In this document: positions 10,421 through 18,870 of the stretch, piece by piece
Numbering within the stretch: position 1 is the first letter of the stretch
Layout of the letters: every line of letters begins with the position of its first letter
Source: an uncultured Lachnospiraceae bacterium
GTDB lineage: Bacteria; Bacillota; Clostridia; Lachnospirales; Lachnospiraceae
Reading direction: 5' to 3'
NCBI GenBank assembly: GCA_946540235.1
Contig: CAMNID010000044.1
Coordinates: forward strand, 89,389 to 153,388
DNA length: 64,000 nucleotides
Notes under the pieces: generated by a model
What the model was told of the DNA's origin: nothing
Database searches by the model: none
The model's input: only the letters and a program-made list of their open reading frames with translations
Program-made: the position numbers and the translations under genes

Positions 10421-10723
10421 GTTGTTCCTCCTGGGAATTATGATAAAGGATACTTCTTATATACATATCTGTACATTGCAGCAATAGAATACTATATGAT
10501 AATTAATAAATCAGAATTGTGTTTATCTATTATATACCAAATATTTCTTTTTTTACAACAACAATTTTATAGCGGCAGCCGGGGAGGGCGGATTATCTTG
10601 CCTTTTTACTGGGCCAATGATAAAATAACCCTTATATCAGCCGGGCTTCCCCGGCTTTCCAACGCCAGAAAACAGGCGATTTCCAACATTGAAATAACAC
10701 GAAACCGGAGTGAGAGATCTGCC

Positions 10724-11638
10724 ATGGAAAGGTACAAGAGCTACAGCAGCTTTATAAAAGAATACTTTGGCGAGAAAATGTATAAGATCTGCCTCGATGG
10801 AGGCTTCACCTGCCCCAACAGGGACGGAAGCCTGGCCCTGGGGGGCTGCACCTTCTGCAGTGAGAGGGGCAGCGGCGACTATGCGGAACAGGCCAGTCTC
10901 AGTATAGGAGACCAGATCAGTCTCGGAAAAAGACAGACCTCCGGCAAATACCGGGGAAACCACTATATCGCTTATTTCCAGGCCTTTACCAGTACTTATG
11001 CTCCCACGGACAGGCTCAGGGCCTTATACGAAGAAGCCCTGGCCAGGGATGAAATCGCAGGCCTGGCCATCGGAACCCGGCCTGACTGTCTCAGTGAGGA
11101 GACTTTAGACCTGCTGCAGGAACTGAACCGGACCAAACCTGTCTTTCTTGAGATGGGCCTGCAGACCTGCCATGACCAGACAGCCCAAAGGCTGAACCGC
11201 TGCTATCCCAGCAGTCTCTTTGCCGACTCCTGCCGGAGGCTTCACAGCCGTGGTATCCGCTGCTGTGCCCATGTGATTCTGGGTCTGCCCGGCGAGTCCA
11301 GACAAATGCAGTATGAGACCATTGATTTCCTGAACCACCTTCCTGTCTCCGGCATAAAAATATCCATGCTTTATGTTCTTAAGGGGACGGCTCTGGGCCA
11401 GTCCTACCAGGACAAGCCCTTCCCTCTTTACTCTCTGGAGGAATATGTAGATGTAGTGATTGGATGCCTAGAGCGGCTGAGACCAGATATCGTCGTAGAA
11501 CGCATGACCGGCGACGGTCCGGTTGATCTTCTGCTGGCTCCTGGATGGATCCCCCAAAAGGGCCGGGTTCTCAACCTTATCCACCACGAGATGAAGGTCA
11601 GGGATACTTACCAGGGCAGATATTATGAGGAGACGTGA
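10724..11638 (+). CDS. TIGR01212-type (YhcC/YtqA) radical SAM protein
   Basis: CPNRDGSLALGGCTFC, YFQAFTSTY, IGTRPDC and ERMTGD motifs. The real start is ATG 10724; the track's upstream extension is antisense to rho. Confidence 0.9.
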   Translation: MERYKSYSSFIKEYFGEKMYKICLDGGFTCPNRDGSLALGGCTFCSERGSGDYAEQASLSIGDQISLGKRQTSGKYRGNHYIAYFQAFTSTYAPTDRLRALYEEALARDEIAGLAIGTRPDCLSEETLDLLQELNRTKPVFLEMGLQTCHDQTAQRLNRCYPSSLFADSCRRLHSRGIRCCAHVILGLPGESRQMQYETIDFLNHLPVSGIKISMLYVLKGTALGQSYQDKPFPLYSLEEYVDVVIGCLERLRPDIVVERMTGDGPVDLLLAPGWIPQKGRVLNLIHHEMKVRDTYQGRYYEET

Positions 11639-12168
11639 TCAAGATGAATGAGAATACATTTACTCTTTATAAACTTATGATACTTTACATGCTGGGTAAT
11701 CTGGATTTTCCCCTGACCACAAGCCAGCTCAGCGAGTTTTTCATCAAAAGAGGCTACACCAGCTATTTTTCTTTCCAGCAGTCCTTAAATGACCTGGCGG
11801 AAAAAGAATTCATCATGGGAGAGACAGTCCGTAATTCCACCAGCTACCACCTGGGCAGCCTGGGTGAGGAAGCCCTGACTATGTTTGACAACCGGATTCC
11901 ACCAGCCATAAAAAACGATATCCGTAACTATCTGCAGGAACAGAAATACCAGCTCCGCAGGGAGCTGGATATCCATGCTGACTACTACCCCGTCAAAAGG
12001 GGGGAATACATGGTCACGGCCCACATAAAGGAAAGAGGCAGCCTGCTGATGGATCTGCAGCTCAATGTGGTATCCAGGGACCAAGCCATACAGATCTGCG
12101 ATTCCTGGAACCAGAAGAGCGAGCAGGTTTACGAAAAAATTATGGACATCCTGCTTTTTGATGACTGA
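11635..12168 (+). CDS. DUF4364-like winged-helix protein
   Basis: LYKLMILYML...FPLTTSQLSEF...YFSFQQSL pattern recalled for the family; GTGA overlap with the upstream gene. Confidence 0.7.
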   Translation: MIKMNENTFTLYKLMILYMLGNLDFPLTTSQLSEFFIKRGYTSYFSFQQSLNDLAEKEFIMGETVRNSTSYHLGSLGEEALTMFDNRIPPAIKNDIRNYLQEQKYQLRRELDIHADYYPVKRGEYMVTAHIKERGSLLMDLQLNVVSRDQAIQICDSWNQKSEQVYEKIMDILLFDD

Positions 12169-12201
12169 TTTAAAATATTTATAATCCCACTGAACTTCAA
12201 A

Positions 12202-12225
12202 ATCCCCGGCCTTTCGACCGGGGAT
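12202..12225. terminator. Hairpin between convergent genes (probable bidirectional terminator)
   Basis: ATCCCCGG (12202-09)/CCGGGGAT (12218-25). Confidence 0.6.
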
Positions 12226-12268
12226 CCCTTTATATTGAGGCTCTTTATATTCTTTAGTGCATTGCGAC

Positions 12269-13987
12269 CTAGTACATTACGACCGTTGTTCCGACTGGAC
12301 ACTCCTCATAGATGAAACGGGCATCTTCATTATAGCAGCGGATGCAGCCATGGGAGACCGGTCTTCCGATGGCCGGCGAACATACACTACCATCGTTATA
12401 AAGAGGCCGGGTATGGAAAGCATTCCTACCCTTATAGTGGCTGACATAAAGTTCCTTGGTATAATTGTAATACCAGCCTTTCTCCTTGTACTGGATCTGA
12501 TATGTACCGGTGGGGGTACGGTTTTCCGCAGTACCGCTTGCGATGTCAAAGCTGCGGATCAACTTCCAGTTTCCCTTTTCCCCCTCAAATATATTACACT
12601 GCTGGGTATAAAGGCTGACCCAGATCAGGTATTTGGTCTTACTCTTATATTTTTTATAATGCACAAAGGCCAGCCGGACTTCCTTGGGATATTTCTTGGT
12701 CGTGTAGGTAACCCTGCTTTTCCCATAGTGGACAGACCGTACCTTCAAAGCCAGCATCTTCCACTGGTTTTTACCCATATACTGGGAAGGTACAAAGGTT
12801 TTTACCGGCGAGGAAGTAAGGCTTTCATAAACCTGGCCCTGGCTCTTAGTACATGCATAAACCTTAATGGCATAACGGTTATCGGGCGACAGGTTTTTAA
12901 GTACCTTTTCTGTTTCCTTGGTAGTGCCAAACAGCCTGTAATCATCCATATCCGTGGTTTTGAAGTAAAGATGATAGAAATCTGCGTCGGGTACAGTACT
13001 CCAGCGGATCTTAATACTGCCGGACTTGTCAAGATCAAGGAGCAGCTTCTGGGGAGCGGACGCAATCTTGGGCATGGTCACCTGGACAATAGCATCCTTG
13101 CCTACAGAAACCTTTGTTCCGGCAGCATTGACAGCGGCGACTTTGAACCTGTAGATCTTTCCTCCTGTAAGCTTGGGAATCGTTATAGAAGTCCCCTGCT
13201 GGTTGGAGGCTATATCCACATAAGCACCAGTGTCTGTCTGCTGGGATACATTATAACCGCTGGCATCTGAAACTGCGTTCCATGACAAGGTCACTGAATC
13301 TGCATTGACTACAGAGTTCACACCGATTACCTGGCCCGGCTCTGTGGCATAATCATAGGGAATCACAACTCCCTCACCAAAGACTGCCTTGCCCTTATGG
13401 TTAAGCAGGCTGATCAGATGGACCTGATAGGTCCCGGTAGCCAGCTTGGTTCCAGGTATATCAATGCTGCTCTTACTACTGTCGGTCCTGACCTGGATAT
13501 CAAAAGCCGCGGCTGCCGGGTCGCTGGTCAGCCCAACGGCAAATACCTGATAAAGGCTGTCTTCCCCATTATTCCAGCGGAAGTTGAGAGAGCCGCTGCT
13601 GCTTTGGTTTATCATAAAATTATTGAGGTATTTCCCCGTAAAATAATAAACTGTCAGCTTCCTCTTGTTCTCTTTCCCTCTACCACATAGAACCAGCTTA
13701 TAAATAGTATCCTTGGTGTACTTGTCACCCAGATTAACCGCGAGTGTCTTCGCTCCGGATACCTGCCTTCCCTTCTTCACGCATACCTTCTTCTGGTATA
13801 CCTGCCAGGTGTAGCCTTTCTTGCTGAAATCTTCGTACTTGAGAACCAGTCTGCCGACAGAATCTACATATCCTATATGATTCACTTTCACTTCCGCGGC
13901 TTTGATCCTCACTGAACATCCCAACAGGAAAAGCATGACCAGGACCAGACAGAGAACTGCCGGATTAGCCTGATGCCTTCTTTCCAT
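12269..13987 (-). CDS. Secreted L,D-transpeptidase (YkuD) with fibronectin type III domains
   Basis: Signal peptide; FnIII repeats (VTLSWNAV..SGY, IRWSTVPDADFYHLY); catalytic AFH...VSHGCIR. Start at ATG 13987 with an AAGGAGG RBS. Confidence 0.9.
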   Translation of the reverse strand: MERRHQANPAVLCLVLVMLFLLGCSVRIKAAEVKVNHIGYVDSVGRLVLKYEDFSKKGYTWQVYQKKVCVKKGRQVSGAKTLAVNLGDKYTKDTIYKLVLCGRGKENKRKLTVYYFTGKYLNNFMINQSSSGSLNFRWNNGEDSLYQVFAVGLTSDPAAAAFDIQVRTDSSKSSIDIPGTKLATGTYQVHLISLLNHKGKAVFGEGVVIPYDYATEPGQVIGVNSVVNADSVTLSWNAVSDASGYNVSQQTDTGAYVDIASNQQGTSITIPKLTGGKIYRFKVAAVNAAGTKVSVGKDAIVQVTMPKIASAPQKLLLDLDKSGSIKIRWSTVPDADFYHLYFKTTDMDDYRLFGTTKETEKVLKNLSPDNRYAIKVYACTKSQGQVYESLTSSPVKTFVPSQYMGKNQWKMLALKVRSVHYGKSRVTYTTKKYPKEVRLAFVHYKKYKSKTKYLIWVSLYTQQCNIFEGEKGNWKLIRSFDIASGTAENRTPTGTYQIQYKEKGWYYNYTKELYVSHYKGRNAFHTRPLYNDGSVCSPAIGRPVSHGCIRCYNEDARFIYEECPVGTTVVMY

Positions 13988-14125
13988 AACATCCTCCTTT
14001 TGCTTGAGATTATTCAGCTGCCTCATGGCAGTCTGCTTTGTTACAGTGCAGAGCACTTAGGCATAAATCGTCGCGGAACTAACCCTTCCAAAACCCCATG
14101 TACAGGAAAGATTTTAGAAAGATTA

Positions 14126-14154
14126 TTGTATTATGCACCTTGTTATTATATAAT
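14126..14154 (+). promoter_or_regulatory. SigA-type promoter for the amino-sugar cassette
   Basis: TTGTAT-17 bp-TATAAT. Confidence 0.6.
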
Positions 14155-14186
14155 CATATAGAAAAATCGTCAAGGAGGGAAACCAT

Positions 14187-15317
14187 ATGATAAAGTTTAA
14201 TATCCCACCCCACACCGGAAAAGAGCCTGAATATATCGCCCAGGCCATAGCTAACCATAAGATTAGTGGGGACGGCGAATTCACAAAAAAATGTAATGCA
14301 TGGATAGAAGAGCATACCGGTACGTCCGCAGCCCTGCTGACGACCTCCTGCACCCATGCTACAGAGATGGCTGCGCTGCTCGCAGATATTAAACCTGGCG
14401 ATGAAGTAATCATGCCTTCCTATACCTTTGTATCCACAGCAGATGCTTTTGTCCTGCGTGGTGCCACAGCCGTATTTGTCGATATCCGGCCGGATACCAT
14501 GAATATTGACGAGACACTGATTGAGGACGCGGTTACAGATAAAACAAAAGCGATCGTTCCGGTCCATTATGCGGGTGTTGCCTGTGAGATGGACACGATC
14601 ATGGATATAGCAAAAAGACATGGTCTTCTTGTCATAGAGGATGCGGCCCAGGGCGTTATGTCCTCCTATAAGGGAAAGGCACTGGGTGCCATCGGGGATT
14701 ACGGCTGCTACAGCTTCCACGAGACAAAAAACTACAGCATGGGCGAAGGCGGGGCTCTTCTGATCCGCGACCCGGCCAACAAGGAGATGGCCGAGATTAT
14801 CCGGGAAAAGGGCACCAACCGGAGCAAGTTTTTCCGGGGAGAGATTGATAAATATACCTGGGTTGAGGCTGGATCCTCCTACCTGCCCAGTGACATGAAC
14901 GCCGCCTACCTCTGGGCCCAGCTGGAGCTTGCCGACCAGATCTACCAGGACCGGATGTCCTCCTGGAACAGCTATTATGCCCAGTTGAGCGACCTGGCCC
15001 AGGCCGGGCGTATCAGCCTTCCTGTCATTCCTGAAGGCTGTGTCCACAATGCCCATATGTTCTACATCAAAACCGCAGACCTGAAGGAAAGGTCTGCCCT
15101 GATCAGTTTTCTGAAGGAGAGGGGAATCTCTTCCGTATTCCACTATATCCCGCTGCACGGTGCTCCTGCCGGGAAGCGGTACGGCAGATTCCATGGCCAG
15201 GACCGCTTTACTACCAAAGAGAGCGAACGTCTTGTCCGCCTGCCTCTCTATTACGGCATTGAACCTGAAAAAGTGGACCAGGTATGCAGGGCCATTCACA
15301 CTTTCTTTGAGGCTTAA
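14187..15317 (+). CDS. rffA: dTDP-4-amino-4,6-dideoxygalactose transaminase (DegT/WecE family)
   Basis: SGDGEFTKKC, LLTTSCTHATEMAA, PVHYAGV, IEDAAQG and YSFHETKNYSMGEGGAL motifs. Confidence 0.9.
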   Translation: MIKFNIPPHTGKEPEYIAQAIANHKISGDGEFTKKCNAWIEEHTGTSAALLTTSCTHATEMAALLADIKPGDEVIMPSYTFVSTADAFVLRGATAVFVDIRPDTMNIDETLIEDAVTDKTKAIVPVHYAGVACEMDTIMDIAKRHGLLVIEDAAQGVMSSYKGKALGAIGDYGCYSFHETKNYSMGEGGALLIRDPANKEMAEIIREKGTNRSKFFRGEIDKYTWVEAGSSYLPSDMNAAYLWAQLELADQIYQDRMSSWNSYYAQLSDLAQAGRISLPVIPEGCVHNAHMFYIKTADLKERSALISFLKERGISSVFHYIPLHGAPAGKRYGRFHGQDRFTTKESERLVRLPLYYGIEPEKVDQVCRAIHTFFEA

Positions 15318-15443
15318 GTGGTCTGTCCACCAGTCTTTAAACCAGTATCATATGCCAGCGGGATCTGATGAAGCTGCTTCTGCCCCATTTTACGGACAGG
15401 CTCTTCAGCCTGGTCTCGCTGTATCTTTCGTTTAGGAGGAAAT

Positions 15444-16469
15444 ATGCTCCATTCAATAGTAGTACCCTGTTATAAGTCCAGTGCGACCATCAGAAAAGTC
15501 GTGGAAATGACCTCCGCAGAACTTGACCGGCTGGGCCGCCACGATTACGAGTTCGTCCTGGTGGATGACCGGTCCCCGGACGGGGGCAAGACCCTGCAGG
15601 CTCTGACAGATCTTGCCAGAGACTATCCCTATGTCAAAGTTGTATCCCTGGCTAAAAACGCAGGCCAGCATAATGCTGTCATGGCCGGTCTGAATTACAC
15701 CCAGGGAGACCTGATCATAGCCATGGATGATGATATGCAGACCCATCCCTCCCAGCTCCAGTATCTGCTGGCTGAGATTAAGAAAGGCTATGATATCGTT
15801 TACGGCTATTATCCGGAAAAAAAGCACTCCCCCTTCCGTAATTTCGGAAGCTATCTCAACTATATAACCGTCAGGATCCTGATCGGCAAACCCAAGGATA
15901 TGAAGACCTCCAGCTACTGGGTTATCCGCAAGTTTGTCCGGGATTATGTAATCCAGTATCGTAGTCCCTACACCCATCTTCAGGGTCTCTTTCTGAGAAC
16001 CACCCGGAACATCAGTTGTATCCCCATCAAGCATTTTGACCGGGAGGTGGGCCAGTCAGGCTATACATTTAAAAAGCTGGTTCAGCTTTACTCCAACATC
16101 ATGGGCTACTCGGTGGTTCCTTTGAGGATCTCCACCTACTGCGGTTATTTCTTCTCCCTTCTCAGTATCCTGGGAGCCATCTTCGTTATTATCAGGAAGC
16201 TGCTCAACCCCGCCATGGCCATAGGCTGGCCATCCATGATGGTAGCCATCTGCTTCTTCGGCGGATTGATCATGCTCTTCCTGGGCATGATCGGTGAGTA
16301 CTTAGGACGGATGTTCCTGGGTATGAACCAACAGCCCCAGTTTGTAGTCAGGGAAGTCCTGACCCAGACCAGTCTTATGGAGACCGGCGGCCAGACCTTG
16401 GAGAAAGTTCCTTTGGCTGAAGATTCAGCCCCGGACATTTACGGAAAAGAGGGACAAGTTACAGATTAA
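15444..16469 (+). CDS. GT2 polyprenol-phosphate glycosyltransferase (ArnC/GtrB-like)
   Basis: SIVVPCY, VDDRSPD, KNAGQHNAVMAG and MDDDMQ motifs; two C-terminal TM helices. Confidence 0.9.
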   Translation: MLHSIVVPCYKSSATIRKVVEMTSAELDRLGRHDYEFVLVDDRSPDGGKTLQALTDLARDYPYVKVVSLAKNAGQHNAVMAGLNYTQGDLIIAMDDDMQTHPSQLQYLLAEIKKGYDIVYGYYPEKKHSPFRNFGSYLNYITVRILIGKPKDMKTSSYWVIRKFVRDYVIQYRSPYTHLQGLFLRTTRNISCIPIKHFDREVGQSGYTFKKLVQLYSNIMGYSVVPLRISTYCGYFFSLLSILGAIFVIIRKLLNPAMAIGWPSMMVAICFFGGLIMLFLGMIGEYLGRMFLGMNQQPQFVVREVLTQTSLMETGGQTLEKVPLAEDSAPDIYGKEGQVTD

Positions 16470-16541
16470 CTAAAGAAAGCAAGTCCAGGACGGCGGCAGT
16501 GGAAAATCAGCCGCCACCTTATTTAAGGAGAAAGATAAACC

Positions 16542-17723
16542 ATGAAGAAGATTATGATTCTTGGTGCCGGTATCTACCAGGTTCCACTGATTAAAACAGC
16601 TAAAAAAATGGGCCTTTATACCATCGTTGTGAGCATACCGGGCAATTATCCCGGCTTCGCCCTGGCAGACAAGGTCTATTATGAGAATACCGTAGATGAT
16701 GAAAAGATTCTCGCTATAGCCAGGGAAGAAGGCATCGACGGTATCGTCACTACCGGCACCGATGTCTGTGTCATCACAATCGGAAGAGTCTGTGATGAGC
16801 TGGGGCTCTGCGGTCTCTCCTACGAGGCAGCCCAGATTGCCGTTGACAAAATGAAAATGAAGACCCGCTATGAGGAATACGGAGTCCGGACAGCCAGATT
16901 CAGAAAGGTGGCCCTCGATGACCCGGATATTCCCTCCACCGTAGCCGGTCTGGATTTCCCCCTGATCTTCAAGTCTGTGGATTCATCAGGAAGCCGGGGA
17001 ATCCGCCGGGTTGACAGTCTGGAGGAATTCGCCTCAGCAAAAGACTATGTCCGGGATAACACCCGCAAAGACTACTTCATCATCGAAGAGTTTGTAGAAG
17101 GAGAGGAATTCGGAGCCCAGGCCTTTGTCTATAACAATAATCTGGAATTTATCCTGCCTCACGGAGACTATGTCTTCCACGGGGACACCGGTGTCCCCAT
17201 CGGCCATTTTGCCCCCTACGACCTGAACCAGGAGGTGATTGCCGACGCCAAGGACCAGCTGAGAAAGGCTGCCCAGGCTATGGGTCTCAACAACTGTGCC
17301 ATCAATGCTGATTTCATTCTCAAGGACGGCAAGACCTATGTTCTGGAACTGGGCGGTCGCTGCGGAGCTACAGAGCTGGCTGAACTGACAGCCATCTACT
17401 ATGGTTTTGACTATTATGAAAAGATTCTTCGCACTGCTTTAGGAGAGAATCCGGACTTCACCATTGACGGACCCTACACCCCCAATGCCAGCCACCTGCT
17501 CATGAGCGACAAAGACGGTATCATCCAGACTCAGGCTGACCACAATGAGCCCAGTGAAAATATCGTCGAAGTCCAGTTTGATTACCAGCCCGGTGACCAG
17601 GTTCACAAGTTCCGGGTAGGTCCCCACAGGATCGGCCACATTATCACCAAGGGCCAGACCTTAGAAGAGGCTCAGAAGCTGCTCTTCGAGGCCATGGACA
17701 AGGTTGAGATCAAAGTACAATAA
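16542..17723 (+). CDS. ATP-grasp ligase
   Basis: ILGAGIYQVPLI, DKMKMK, PLIFKSVDSSGSRGI, IIEEFVEGEEF and VLELGGRCG motifs. Confidence 0.85.
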   Translation: MKKIMILGAGIYQVPLIKTAKKMGLYTIVVSIPGNYPGFALADKVYYENTVDDEKILAIAREEGIDGIVTTGTDVCVITIGRVCDELGLCGLSYEAAQIAVDKMKMKTRYEEYGVRTARFRKVALDDPDIPSTVAGLDFPLIFKSVDSSGSRGIRRVDSLEEFASAKDYVRDNTRKDYFIIEEFVEGEEFGAQAFVYNNNLEFILPHGDYVFHGDTGVPIGHFAPYDLNQEVIADAKDQLRKAAQAMGLNNCAINADFILKDGKTYVLELGGRCGATELAELTAIYYGFDYYEKILRTALGENPDFTIDGPYTPNASHLLMSDKDGIIQTQADHNEPSENIVEVQFDYQPGDQVHKFRVGPHRIGHIITKGQTLEEAQKLLFEAMDKVEIKVQ

Positions 17724-17735
17724 AATACAAACCGA

Positions 17736-17923
17736 GGCTGTCCCACTAAAGCGGACGCCTCGTTGACCTAAAAGGTAGGAACCCCTCATGTCCTGTGTTC
17801 TGTCCATTGCTGGCATCTGTTCGTCTGATGACGGACTGATACCAGGCAAATGCCAAACACATTGGACATTGAGGGATTCTTGCCATTATCCCTAAACAAT
17901 CTGTCCCCTTTAGCAGGACAGCC
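17736..17923. other. 188-bp structured intergenic element (long internal hairpin bounded by 21-bp imperfect inverted repeats)
   Basis: Terminal IRs at 17736-56 and 17903-23 match at 18/21. The internal rod (about 17774-17884) pairs over most of its length. Confidence 0.6.
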
Positions 17924-17994
17924 CATTTCCACTAGACAAGATCAGGAAAAGCCCGGTCCTTGATCAAGAGCAAAAGAACTGGTAAAACAGATAG

Positions 17995-18054
17995 AAAAAG
18001 CGTCACATGAGACCTGCCCATTTGAAAATGAATGGCTTATCCCATGTGACGCTT
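17995..18054 (-). terminator. Intrinsic terminator after the clp/lon/engB run
   Basis: Perfect 12-bp stem AAGCGTCACATG/CATGTGACGCTT followed by a U-run on the minus strand. Confidence 0.7.
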
Positions 18055-18102
18055 CTGTTTAATTCTGTTGATGATATTTATTCAATTAATAGTACATTTT
18101 CT

Positions 18103-18717
18103 CTATTCTGTTATGGGTTCCTCTTCTTCCCGGTCTAAAGCATAGGTCTCAATCAGATCCCAGATCTGGTCTCTTCCCTGCCTGGTGACCGCAGAAAAGG
18201 GTACAACCGGCACCCCGTCTATGACATGGAGGGTCTCCTTGACCAGCTTCAGCTGTTTGGAAAGCTGACTCTTTTTTATCTTATCAAGCTTGGTAGCTAC
18301 AATGACCGGTGAAAAGCCGTTGGAGAGAATCCACCGGTACATCTGGACATCATTGTCGGTCGGCTTATGGCGGATGTCTATAAGCAGGAAAACCATCCTG
18401 AGCTGTCTGGAAGTGTGTAGATAATTCTCGATCATGGGTCCCCATTTGGCAGAGACGGACTTGGAAATCTTTGCATAACCATAGCCGGGCAGGTCCACGA
18501 TATACATCTCATGATTTACATTATAGAAATTAATGGTCTGGGTTTTGCCTGGCTGACCTGAGGTCCTGGCCAGCTTCTTCCTGTTGACCATGGCATTGAT
18601 CAGGGAAGATTTACCCACATTGGACTTGCCGGCAAAGGCCACCTCCGGAAGCTGGTTGTCAGGCAGCTTGCTGGTGATCCCACAGACAGTCTCCAGACTT
18701 ACATCTTTAATAACCAT
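18103..18717 (-). CDS. engB: Ribosome biogenesis GTP-binding protein YihA/YsxC
   Basis: GKSNVGKSS, TSGQPGKTQ, VDLPGYG and TKLD motifs; follows lon. Start ATG 18717 with an AAAGGAG RBS. Confidence 0.95.
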   Translation of the reverse strand: MVIKDVSLETVCGITSKLPDNQLPEVAFAGKSNVGKSSLINAMVNRKKLARTSGQPGKTQTINFYNVNHEMYIVDLPGYGYAKISKSVSAKWGPMIENYLHTSRQLRMVFLLIDIRHKPTDNDVQMYRWILSNGFSPVIVATKLDKIKKSQLSKQLKLVKETLHVIDGVPVVPFSAVTRQGRDQIWDLIETYALDREEEEPITE

Positions 18718-18771
18718 ATATAACTCCTTTACAAGGGGCCGGCTCAAAAAGCCGGCCCTGACAGCTATCTG

Positions 18772-18870
18772 CTATTTTTCCTTCACCATGGCAATAAGGA
18801 TCACTTATTTTCCCTTCACCACGGCAATAGGGATCACTTATTTTCCCTTCACCATGGCAATAGGGATCAC
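18772..18870 (-). repeat. 33-bp in-frame triplication of the last 10 codons plus stop of lon
   Basis: Copies read VIPIAMVKGK* (18838-70), VIPIAVVKGK* (18805-37) and VILIAMVKEK* (18772-804). Confidence 0.95.

Noticed and set aside
9770-10723. Apparent 318-aa N-terminal extension of the radical SAM ORF with PVLPAFSR repeats
   Set aside because: It is the antisense read of the Rho repeat region plus intergenic DNA; the family-like sequence begins at ATG 10724.
17825-17855. CTGATGA hammerhead core inside the rod element
   Set aside because: No stem II followed by GAAA and no properly placed cleavage triplet.
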